This document shows, in pieces, positions 12,931-24,432 of a stretch of 48,971 bases of DNA. The notes under the pieces were generated by a model. That model did no database searches. It worked only from the letters and a program-made list of their open reading frames with translations, and was not told the origin of the DNA. Position 1 is the stretch's first letter. Every line of letters begins with the position of its first letter. Origin of the DNA: Octopus bimaculoides (lineage: Eukaryota); NCBI RefSeq assembly GCF_001194135.2, contig NC_068989.1:13124948-13173918 (forward strand), in the 5' to 3' direction. Both the position numbers and the translations under genes were made by a program.

Positions 12931-13375
12931 GGTAAATTAGTAAATGATATATATATATATATATAAGTGTTTGTTTACGTATGTGCGTATCATTTGAATA
13001 TACTATTTTAGCACATGTTTGGGGAAAAGGGCTAAATAATTTCAGTAAAACAAATTGAATCCTAAATGTTGGTTGTCATATATTTGAAAGTTCTCTTCAT
13101 TTTTCATTTACTTTATCAAAGAACTCCATGAAAATTTAGAAGACAAGTTGGGACTCAATAAATCAGATGCAAAAGATATTCGTGAAGATATCACTTTAAA
13201 GTATTCTGGTGATTCCAAAGTCTTTCTTACAAACAATGTTTGAAATAGAACACGTGAGGTATGCCTACGGAAGTCAACGGGGCATTTAGAATATAAGTTG
13301 ATAACCCTGTTAAGAAAATGAAGCGACTCATACTGAGAAATTACAAAGGGATTCAACTTGCTCACATTCCGAAAT

Positions 13376-13473
13376 TGATACAAAATGTTTTCATTCGTCG
13401 GAATTGTTAGTTAACATCACCCTTCTACGATTCATGCTGACTATGACGATGCATGATGCACAATAGTTGTAAG
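13376..13473 (+). repeat. Direct repeat, copy 1 (copy 2 at 15336-15426)
   Basis: tgatacaaaatg.tttcattc.tcggaattgttag.taaca.cacccttctac...catgatgcacaatag is shared by both copies, about 80% identity by eye. Confidence 0.85.
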
Positions 13474-14043
13474 TTCATTCATCCAGCAGAAAGAACATTC
13501 CTTGTGGTCAGCATAAACTTTGTCATATAGAGAGATATAATTTTGAACACAAATTAGCAAATGACTTTTATCTGTTCAGAGAAATCTTTCAGAAAGTTGC
13601 TAACACAAATAAATAAAATGCTCACAATTTCTTTAGTTTATTTGTGAACAAAATCACCGATATCACGTCTGCACTTTAGATGCAGTTAACAATGCGTATC
13701 ACGGGCTGTGTAGCAGAAAGGAATATCTCAAAGCGTTTCTTTATAACGAACGGATTTCTATCTGCTCTGATTAAAAAGTGCTTAAAGTCATTATCGATAT
13801 TGTCTCTCGAAAAAAGACATTGCCGTGTAACTCTCCTAAGATAAAAATTACATGAATATGTTACGAAATGAAAAAGAATCAGAAAAATATATTTCGTAAG
13901 ATGGATTTCATCTAAATTCGTATTCCCATAGGCGTTTAAAATAAATTATTCTATTAACTCTAGTCTTTGCTATGTATAATTTCATTAATTTGCAATGCAT
14001 CAAGCAGGTATATAAAAATCGATTATTTTTATCCCGCGCATAA

Positions 14044-14119
14044 GTTAGAAATTATATCGCACAGGGAATCTATATTTACGTCAGTGACTTTAACATGCTA
14101 TGCAACAAAGTATGGCAAT
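14044..14119 (+). repeat. Left arm of a 76-bp inverted repeat (right arm 14995-15069)
   Basis: The first 55 nt are identical to the reverse complement of the right arm; 2 substitutions and 1 indel overall. Confidence 0.95.
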
Positions 14120-14399
14120 TAAAATATCAATTTCCCAGTAGTGGTTAAATATGTTCAAGTTTATAGTCATCTATCATGAAACAAATACATAGAAGATAAC
14201 AGAGACTACCCAGAAATTGTTGCTGGTAGGCTGAATCTCACTGTATGGACCCGTTTTTAAGGACTTCATATAACTTCACGACGGGTCTTTGAGACTCAAC
14301 TTCTATCTTCTGTTGCAAAGCACCGTAGATGTTGTTTTCTTGTTGTTTACGAGGCGCAGCTCTTGGAGATTTGAATCAAGATATAACCTTGAGGTAATG

Positions 14400-14730
14400 T
14401 GTCGATAAACGTTATGTTAATTAATAAAATCCAAAATTTTGTATGGCGATTTGCCGAAAATGAATGTGAGGTGGAACCTCTTATGAATTATCATTTCCAG
14501 CTACTAAAGGCCGTTCGAAAGATTTAAGAAATGTTTTAGTTCTCACAACTCAAACTTCACTGGTGAAGCTGCATGTGCTAACGCGGAAGCTACTGTGAAT
14601 TGTTCGACCAGCTGATGAAAACGAATGCAAAAGGAGGTTGTACATTATAGTAAGTAATCAATGTTGATGACACTGTAATTTTTTGGAAACTCATGCCTGC
14701 TCGAACTTTGGTCCACGGGAAGAAAACGAA
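14400..14730 (+). mobile_element. Degraded pogo/Tigger-like transposase fragment (CENP-B HTH to start of DDE_1 domain)
   Basis: Across frameshifts it reads FPATKG.FERFKKCFSSHNSNFTGEAACANAEA...GGCTL**VINVDDTVIFWKLMPARTLV. Compare the Tigger pattern 'F.ASKGWF..FK.R..L.N.K..GEAASAD..AA...GY...QVFN.DETGLFWK.MP.RT'. Confidence 0.8.
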
Positions 14731-14745
14731 CGTCAGTATCCAAGG

Positions 14746-14792
14746 CAGTGGTTCTCAAACGGAGGTATATATGATCCTTGGAGGTGCACGCG
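14746..14792 (+). mobile_element. hAT/Charlie-like terminal fragment
   Basis: Begins cagtggttctcaaac, the typical Charlie-type TIR. The partner TIR was not found. Confidence 0.45.
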
Positions 14793-14994
14793 AACAACAT
14801 AGTAAATTCCGGGGCGACAGTTGTATACTAAGTGTCCATGAAAAATGTTTGGTTTTAGATGTAATTATTAATTATTTTAAGAAACTGCTCAGTTTCTCTC
14901 TCAAAAAATAAATAAATAAATAAATATGGCTAAACCTTAAGGGTTGATGGTACTGTGGCTTGTAACCCCAAAAAGACATCGCCTCCTGCTAGCT

Positions 14995-15069
14995 ATTGAC
15001 ATACTTGTTGCATTGCATGTTAAAGTCACTGACGTAAATATAGATTCCCTGTGCGATATAATTTCTAAC
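14995..15069 (-). repeat. Right arm of the 76-bp inverted repeat
   Basis: Reverse complement of 14044-14119 with three differences. Confidence 0.95.
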
Positions 15070-15335
15070 AACAATCTAGGAGCTGTAAAAATTGTCTTTT
15101 CACATATATCGACATATTAATATAAAACTGAGTCGAACACTGCATTAAGTTTAATGGTCACGATAAAGTTTTCTTTATCGGTAGCCCCCAATGTTTACAC
15201 TTATATACCAAATCTCTTGACCATTATACGCCGAATTTCTTTCATTTGAATACATTTAAGAAGAAAAAAATCTACTTCTGTTTCCAGTACTTTAAAATGG
15301 TGCCCTACATTTTTCTCATCTTGCCCTCAAGTTTG

Positions 15336-15426
15336 TGATACAAAATGCTTTCATTCATCGGAATTGTTAGCTAACAACACCCTTCTACAATGCATGTAGA
15401 TTACATGATGCACAATAGCTCTAAGT
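15336..15426 (+). repeat. Direct repeat, copy 2
   Basis: Aligns to 13376-13473. Confidence 0.85.
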
Positions 15427-15678
15427 CCAGCTGGTGGGGGGGAACACATACGCCATAGAAACCGGGAAACCGGGCCCATGAGCATGGCTAGGTTTTAAAA
15501 GGGCGCTAAGAAGAAGAATGTTTGAATACAGACTTGGGTTAGCAGGTAATTCTCTTAAAATTAAGTATAGTGGTTGCGATAATATTACTTATTCTGTTAT
15601 TAACTGGTAGACACTCAACCTCATTTGATGTAGAAAGGTGTTATGATGATTATTGTGTTGATGATTGTCATCGACTGA

Positions 15679-15713
15679 GATGATAACGAAGGTGACGATG
15701 ACAATGATGATGG

Positions 15714-15746
<33 letters not shown>

Positions 15747-15786
15747 CGACGACGACGACGACGATGACGACGATGACGACGACGAC

Positions 15787-15824
<38 letters not shown>

Positions 15825-16013
15825 CGACGATAACGACGACGACGATGATGATGTTGATGATGACGGCGACGAGGATGATGACAACGACGGCGAAGACGAC
15901 GTTGATGATAATGATGGTGATGATGATGATGACGAGGACAACGACGACAACGATGACGATGATGATGATGATGATCAGAATGACAAGGACATCGACAACG
16001 ACGACGACGACGG

Positions 16014-16045
<32 letters not shown>

Positions 16046-16136
16046 GTGATGGTGATGGTGACAACGGCGACGACGTTGACCATGACAACGACGTCGATGA
16101 TGATGATGATGATGACGACGACGACGACGACGATGG
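15679..16136. repeat. Degenerate (GAT/GAC)n trinucleotide array, about 450 bp, phase preserved
   Basis: Read directly from the sequence; source of the poly-D/M/S/I ORFs. Confidence 0.95.
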
Positions 16137-16686
16137 CCACTCTAATGGCTGCGATTCGATATCAGAATTCTTTTGGAATGGAAGTAGCTTGAAAATATTA
16201 TTTGTTGATGAAGTTAAAGACGAGACTTGTTGGGATAATGATGACGGAGAAGCGGAAGAGGAGGAGGAGGAGGCTTTGGTAGAAGATGAAGAGATAACAG
16301 CTGTGCATGATGATGATGTCATTGTTGTGTTTGCTGGTAGTGATGATGTTGCTCGTGATGATGATGCAAATTAATGAAGACGCACGTTGATGCTTGCGAG
16401 AAGTTTAATGGCATCTGTGCCCAGTGAGTCTGTTAAAAATGACTGATGAGCTTTAGTTCGTTGTTGTTGTTGGTGTTGTTGTTGTAGTTATTCTTGCTCC
16501 TGATTCATTTGTTAATGCTGTTGGTAGCATGTGGTAGGTTCTAAATGTGTGTGTATGTGTGTGTTTGTGTGCGTGTGTGTGGGTGTGTGTGTGTGTGTGT
16601 GTGTGCTGTGAGAAGGTGTTTTAACGTTTGGGAACTTATATTAGATTGGTAAACGTACTACACAATACAATTTTCGTAATGAAGTC

Positions 16687-16748
<62 letters not shown>

Positions 16749-16758
16749 CATCATTATT

Positions 16759-17323
16759 CAGTGAGAGAGGAGGGCATGCCATCAAAGTACCGCTGGGGTA
16801 AAATATACGAAGCCCTTATACCCATCATAACTTCCCGTCTGATAAGGGTAAACCAGGCACATGCATCACAAACATATGTGCGCGATATAGTGGTTTAATA
16901 TCAAGTTAAACAGCGCATGACCTCGCAAGTGGGGCCCAGTTAGAATTTTCTTCAGGTCGAGTAGCCCATCCCGCTCAAAAGGTCCTTGAATAAAGGTTGT
17001 TTGAGGACGTCGAACGAAATACCCATGTTTCCAAAGGTGAATTATCTAAACCCCAAAGAGTTACTCTCAACACATGACTATGATGTCCCCACCCCCACCT
17101 TCTTCTGCTCTTGATCAGAGACGCACATATCGTCAGCCACCAAGGGACATGCTCAACTAGTTAAGGTCATACAACTTACAAGCAAATCTCTGACGCTGTG
17201 CAGAATAGTTACTGTAGGCCATCTTTTATACCAAGACAAAACAATGTACATGACACATGAAAACACTTCCGATCAGTTAAGATGATAAGCCACGAGAACC
17301 ACTGCCTAATAGTGCATCATGGC

Positions 17324-17325
<2 letters not shown>
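16759..17325. mobile_element. About 570-bp probable interspersed repeat between two (ATT)n arrays
   Basis: Complex sequence bounded by (ATT)n at 16688-16758 and 17326-17397. It resembles an abundant octopus repeat as I recall it; not verifiable here. Confidence 0.5.
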
Positions 17326-17398
<73 letters not shown>

Positions 17399-17411
17399 GG
17401 TTGTTATATAA

Positions 17412-18230
17412 GACAGTGAGTTGACAGAATTGTTAGTATGCCGGACAAAATGCCAAGCGGTATTTCGTTCTCTTTACAAGTTAAAATTCCGCCGAGGTCG
17501 TCTTTCCCTTTCATCCCTTCGGTAGCGATAGGATAAGTATCATTCACGCAGTGGGAGTTCGAAGTAAATTAAAAGTTCCTTCCCCGTATTTTCAGGCTTT
17601 CCGACTATAAAAGAAAGAATTATTATTGTTGCAATATACTAAGAAGGCGAGCTGGTGGAAATGTGTGCGCGGCAGAGAAATTGCTTATCGGCTTTTTTAT
17701 GTTTCTTTCCCCGACGATTTACATCGGTTTTCGACTTCTACTCTCATTCCTGTAGACAAGTACCGAGGACGATTTAATTGAGTGACAATCTCTCCGTATT
17801 ATTGCTCGCCTAGTGCCAACATTTGTAACACGTCTTGTTGTAATTTGGTCAGTGGATTGAGTTACTTGTGAAAATTATTTGCGGTAATTTCCTCAGTACT
17901 AAACGTTCTGAGTACAAATTAAGCCAACAACGAAATGAATACCAGTGGAGCACTGCGTATGGAGTAATTAATTACCCTACCTCCAACAAATTTCAAGATG
18001 TGCGCCTATATTTGAAAGACAAATAAAGCAGCGATCTGGCAGAAAAATAAACATGTCGAGCGAAATGTTTAGCCGCATTACTTGCAGCTTTTTACCTTCT
18101 GCGTTTAAATTCCACCGAGGTCAATTTCGCATTTCACCCTTTCACTGTCAATGAAATAAATACAAGTTGAGCACTGTAATGGAGTAGATCTCGCTATCAA
18201 AGTTTCAGGCCTTGAGTCTATAATAGAAAA
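17412..18230 (+). mobile_element. Cluster of about four degraded family A SINEs, head to tail
   Basis: Copies at about 17412-17618, 17644-17825, 17870-18015 and 18028-18230. The best retain aaattcc.ccgaggtc and tttca.ccct/tt. Confidence 0.7.
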
Positions 18231-18577
18231 AAATAGTATTATTCTGCTATTATTGATGTTATGGCGGCTGCTATTATTTTGCTTATAATGGTTTATAATG
18301 ATGATTTCTTTACATTCTATAATGTTTTGCTTCTGATCTTACTTTATACAATTTTGTTTTAAAGCTTAAGTTAAATTCTGCCGACTGTGCTGCTGCTATT
18401 AATGTTTTTTCCTTGTTATTTAACGTCAATTTAATTACTTCATTTGTTGAATATTGAGGATTATTTCCTCCCAGCCATATTAAGAAGATTCAGTTTTGTC
18501 AGTAAATTATTGATTGCGTTATCTATTCCATTCTCTTTGAATGAATGTATATGAGTATATATATGTATGTATATATG

Positions 18578-18614
<37 letters not shown>

Positions 18615-19674
18615 TAATTTGCGTGGGATGTGAATATTTGAAGGCATATGTATATGTATACGTACGTATATATGTATGTACGTATGTATACATATAAATA
18701 CTTTTTACTTGTATATGTAAACATACGTGGATAGTTTAATATATATATACATATGTCTTTCTCTCTCTCTCTCTCTCTCGCTCGCTCTCTCTCTCTCTCT
18801 CTCACTCTGTATCTATTTCTCTGTCTCTATCTATCTGTCTATTTCTATCTATCTGTCTGTCTATCTGTCTATCTATCTATCTATCTATCTACCTATCTAT
18901 CCATCTCTCTCTATCTCTATCTCTCTATCTATCTATACATACATGCACACACACATACATCTATCTATCTATATATATATATAATGCATGTATTTTTATT
19001 TATAGATATATATCTACGTATATTTATGTGCCTGTTTGCATATCTATGTATGTGTGTATGCGTGCGTATGTGTGCATATATGTCCGTGCGTGCGTGTGTG
19101 CGTGTTCGTATGCGTGTTGCCTTTTTTTATGCACCATCTTCCTCGCTCAATTTTCTCTCCTCCACTTTTCTACTCTATTTCTTTCATGGCATCCTTGTGT
19201 GCTCTGTAACCGAATATCTTCGATATAAATTAAATACAAGTGATTAATTTTTATCATTAGACATTAACTTTGAATTATTCCTTTTTTAAGGAATTATTTA
19301 TCACAAATATCATGGAGAATGCAAGGCTGTTACTTTATTGTTAAATAAAATTATGTATTAATCTAGTCAAAATTTGTTTAGTTGTATTTTCTATTTCAAG
19401 TTTTATTATTTTCTTATTGTAATTCTTAAGCTTATTGCTGTTGATGTAGTTGAGATTATTTACGTTGTTTTCAATGCTCTTATCAGCATTTTCGTTCATT
19501 TAAAGCTTCCATTTATTAACGGAACATTCAAAAACCAATACCACCTGTGACGAAGTATGATTTTAATTAAAAGTATTCTAGAGAAAAATCTATGTATACA
19601 GCTTATTGTAATATTAAAATTATTAAGCTCCTGTCTTATATATTTCAGAAAATAATATTAATAATGCATTTCGA

Positions 19675-20029
19675 TATTTTTAATATACTTATAGTAAAGA
19701 ATTGTTGGAGTTTCAATTCTTTAAACTTAGGCCAACTCTGCTTCTATAGATTTTTGCCAAGTTCTGATTTTGGTTAATACATGACCATATGTAATATATC
19801 CTTTGTTCTTACAAATAATAAATAAGTGATACAAGAATGATTAGGCTTGTATTTTTAATATACTTATAGTAAAGAATTGTTGGAGTTTCAATTCTTTAAA
19901 CTTAGGCCAACTCTGCTTCTATAGCTTTTTGCCAAATTCTGATTGTGGTTAATGCATGACCACATGTAATATATCCTCTGTTCTTACAAATAATAAATAA
20001 GTGATACAAGAATGATTAGGCTTGTATTT
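19675..20029. repeat. Tandem duplication, 175-bp unit x2
   Basis: 19675-19849 versus 19850-20024 show six substitutions and no indels. Confidence 0.95.
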
Positions 20030-20451
20030 ACAATAGATGAACTCGTAACTAAGTTCTAAAAATTAACCTGCTCCAACGTAATCATCGGAATACAAATAAA
20101 TATATGTATTTCTCGCTTTATTTCTCTCTATCTGATTGTTATTTTAAAACGGACAAAAATTTGTGGTTTGGTTCCTTTTTATCAATACCAATGTCACGTG
20201 AGTGTTTGGAAATGTTTTTTTATTTATTCTGGAGATTATCTCCCCTTCTCAAATGTTGCTGATCTTAATCATCATTTTGTAATTACATCCTCAGAGTTGG
20301 AGATACTTTTAATAAATCTAGAAGTTATGCTCCATGGTGTTTAACATACCCGCATTTCTCTATTATAAATGTGTAGGGGTGTGTGTATGTGGGGAATGCG
20401 TTTGTGTATGAGTTTGTGCTTTTGTGTGTATGTGTGTTCGTGCATGCATGA

Positions 20452-20640
20452 GGGCACACGGCCTAGTGGTTAGGGTGTTGCACTCACGATCTAGTGATTG
20501 CGATTTCAATTCCTAGATCGGGTGGTGCGTTGCGTCCTTGAGCACCTCATCTCAACTTGTTGTGCGATCACTTCGTCACCTGACGCATGGTACACAGTGC
20601 ACCTGTTCAGAAAAGGCCCATCTGATGGAGAGAGTGAGCA
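20452..20640 (+). mobile_element. tRNA-derived SINE of a further type
   Basis: A-box ggcctagtggttaggg and degenerate B-box gatttcaattcct, followed by gtccttgagca, a common SINE body start. Confidence 0.65.
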
Positions 20641-20742
20641 AATGTGTGTCACGAACATATAATCATAAACAAATCATTTATGCAGGTCGTTGGGCAGATG
20701 CTGTACACTCATACGTCGTTTTCGACGGGACAGTCCAACTCG

Positions 20743-20805
<63 letters not shown>

Positions 20806-21309
20806 NNNNNNNNNNNNNNNNNNNNNNNNNNNNNNNNNNNNNNNNNNNNNNNNNNNNNNNNNNNNNNNNNNNNNNNNNNNNNNNNNNNNNNNNNNNNNNN
20901 NNNNNNNNNNNNNNNNNNNNNNNNNNNNNNNNNNNNNNNNNNNNNNNNNNNNNNNNNNNNNNNNNNNNNNNNNNNNNNNNNNNNNNNNNNNNNNNNNNNN
21001 NNNNNNNNNNNNNNNNNNNNNNNNNNNNNNNNNNNNNNNNNNNNNNNNNNNNNNNNNNNNNNNNNNNNNNNNNNNNNNNNNNNNNNNNNNNNNNNNNNNN
21101 NNNNNNNNNNNNNNNNNNNNNNNNNNNNNNNNNNNNNNNNNNNNNNNNNNNNNNNNNNNNNNNNNNNNNNNNNNNNNNNNNNNNNNNNNNNNNNNNNNNN
21201 NNNNNNNNNNNNNNNNNNNNNNNNNNNNNNNNNNNNNNNNNNNNNNNNNNNNNNNNNNNNNNNNNNNNNNNNNNNNNNNNNNNNNNNNNNNNNNNNNNNN
21301 NNNNNNNGT

Positions 21310-21344
21310 CTTTTACGTTTCGAGCCTACGCTCTTCAACAGAAA
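21310..21344 (-). ncRNA. Minimal type I hammerhead-like motif, A6U core variant
   Basis: Minus strand: TTT CTGTTGA A GAGC-GTAG-GCTC GAAA CG T A AAA. GUA cleavage triplet and palindromic ACGT at stem III. Confidence 0.5.
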
Positions 21345-22461
21345 TGAACACGAGAAAATAAACAGAAACAGGATAGTATATATATATTATGGCGCGTGTT
21401 TATATTATGCCTCAATAACTGACATCAGCACACATATATATTATATATATACATAGACACACACACACACACACACACACACGTATATATATATATATAT
21501 ATATATATAGGGAGAAAGAGGAAGTTTTTAACTGGGTGCTGAAAGCTCGGTTCGACCTCACACACTGAAGATGTTAATGCGAATAGAATTCTCGATTATA
21601 GAAATCTTTACGCGTGACTTTTAGCGTAAATCCAGGTGGCTACAATTGGCTGGGAAACCAAATAATATATAATAAGAATGCGTGCGTACGGTTACATTAT
21701 AAATAAAAGATATTAAAAGGTATCTTAAAATTGGGAATCGTGCAAAGGCGTTCATTATCAGATTTAAATTGTATAAATCATAGGATTGGAAATCATACGA
21801 TCAGAACGTATGTAAAATAGTCTGCATGCGTGGATCATAAAAGTTACTGAATAAAGAGAGTTTTTATGGTTACTTTTTTTCTTTTCTTTTTTTCTTTTGT
21901 CACTCAGCCCCCCCCCCCCCNNNNNNNNNNNNNNNNNNNNNNNNNNNNNNNNNNNNTACGATTACGGTCTTACGTTCACGGTTGTTCGAGATTTCGCTGT
22001 ACGGTGTGTGAAATAATGAAATGAAAGCAGAAGTATATCACTGTAAGTGCAACATACACACACACATACACAAACATACGCACATAGGGATGTGTGTGTG
22101 TATTTTTATGTATTTAACTTCCTTGAAATGTGTTCATACATTATCAACCACATATACAAGAGTCACACTAGCACACGTACAAAACTATATGTACTTGGTT
22201 ATAAAGCTGTTGTTTGTGCAGACAATGCATACTCTAATGGTGACGCTAAAAATAAGTAAATCGATAAAATCTGACGAGAGATGGGGCTCTATTATAACAA
22301 ACAAAAATCAACGGTGACGGACAGTGAATAAATGAAAGGAGAATTAATGAAAGAGGCTTTAAACTGGTTGACCATTTCAAATATTACGTCAGTTACATAT
22401 CGTTCGCCTGCGTTAGGTTCGGTGGATTATAGCGTGTGAGCAAATACTACTGTTTGTGTAA

Positions 22462-22812
22462 GCAAGCGTAGTTGTGTGGTAAAAAGCCTGCTTCTCAATC
22501 ACACGGTTCCAGCATCAGTCCCGACGTCTTTCTACTATAGCATTGGACGATTAGAGCCTTGTGATTGAATTTGGAAGACGGAAACTGAAAGAAGCTCGTC
22601 GTATACATAGATATGTGTGTATGTGGATGTTTCCTCACACCACTTGACAACCTGTGCTGGTGTGTTTACGTCACCGTAACGTAGCCGTTCGGCAAAAAGG
22701 ACTGACAGTACCAGGCTTTTAAAAAATAAGTGCTGCGGTTGATACATTCCACTAAAGATTCTTCAAGGCGTTGCCCCAGCATGGCCGCAGTCTAATGACA
22801 GAAATAAATAAA
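22462..22812 (+). mobile_element. tRNA-derived SINE, family B
   Basis: Contains agacggaaactgaaagaagc.cgtc, cttgacaacc.gtgctggtgtgtttacgtc.ccgtaac and ccccagcatggccgcagtc.aatgac; homologous to 12554-12930. Confidence 0.8.
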
Positions 22813-24385
22813 TGATATGAGTTAAAACGACGTACGTAGTAACTATTATGGGTGTTGTGTCCATTACCATATTGTAATAATATTACGAATATATCTATTA
22901 AACAGAGCAGACACATGACTCTGGTTCTATCGCCACGTATTTACATGATATTTCTAACGCATCCTGATATTATTGGAGAAGTTTATGGAGTGTCTACTAT
23001 CGTGATTAATAAATAGATGTCTGTGTTTGAAGGTTCAGCACTTTGCCGTTGATCTGACATGCGATTTAAGTGTAGTACTGAGTCAGTCGGAAGTCTGTTG
23101 TTAAAGTCATGCTATGAGATGGAGATGATCTTTTAGAACAGGCGTTTGAAATTATCCTAGCTAACAGAGATTGCGTAGTAGTTGCGAGTATAAATTACTT
23201 TAAACGAATTGCTATTGAAAATTTTGGTTCATCAGATAGATCGGGAAGTAAAGAGAGAGAGAACAATTCCAAGTATTTCTTATCCATTTCAGGAGGGTCG
23301 TTCAATCTGAAGGTCTTGTACTAGATATTGTGTCATTGGATTATATTTTAATTGAAAATGGCTTGTTTGGAAAAAAAGAAATGGAAAAAAAAAATCTAGG
23401 CAAGAAAAGTGACGGTATTGTCAACGCTAGTATGCTTGTTAATATGTATCTATACGATCAAGTCTGACTTAAAACTAAATGACAATTCGTGCATGTTGTG
23501 ACTCCGAATGAATTTTAGAGGGAAATTTTAATAACCTTTTATTATTATTATTATTAAACTTATTTACTAATATCGACCCCACGTTGTTGAAAGATAAAGA
23601 CAACACTGACAGGATTTGAACAGCGAACGTAAAGGAACGTACTGCTCAATCGATCTGCCTGCCACTGTTTACTTTTGCGTCGATCTGTCAAGTACATTTT
23701 ATGTTCCCGGGCCTTCTTAACGTTATGTCCCAAATTGATGTTTTCGGTGTTGACCTATCAAGAACTTTGGTACCAGATGGAAAATAGAATCTCTCTCTCA
23801 CTCTGTCCATCCTTCCCTCGCTCTTCTCTCTTTCTCTCCATCCTCCGCCCTCTCTCTCAATCTCCCTCTCATTCGCTCTCGGTCGCTCGTTCTCTCTCTC
23901 TTTTTTCGCTCCTCTACCATTTCTCTTTTTTCCGAGACTGAACACGAATTAACTGCTTGTGATTTGTTTCGCCCAGACCCATCCCTACCTAACCGTTTAC
24001 CACATCCCAAACCTTCACCACTGACACACTCACATCGTTGCTGTAACTACCCAGCCTCTCGATGCTCTTGCTAACGTAGTTACTGATTCACATCCAAACA
24101 GACAGACACAGAGGCATAACGATTCTCACATACGTGCACATTTTTACATACATATACACACACCTAGAGACTCACGGGGGCATGTAAGTACACTGTCCGG
24201 CATACAACAATGCAAGTGCATTCCCTCGTGTACAAGAACACAAATGTGCCGAAATACACATAAAAACCATAGTAGAAACATACTGAAAGCTACGTGCATG
24301 CACATCACTATCTATAGGCCTTTATGCAACCGACATATTTAACAAAATGCACACACAAACACATATATAACACACGCGTTCGCGC

Positions 24386-24432
<47 letters not shown>

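Noticed and set aside
14044-15069. Interpreting the 76-bp arms as the Tigger element's own TIRs
   Set aside because: Tigger TIRs are short, begin with CAG and are flanked by TA. These arms are not, and they are far better preserved than the transposase.
19675-20029. CRISPR-like or satellite array
   Set aside because: Only two 175-bp units with no spacers, in a eukaryotic context.
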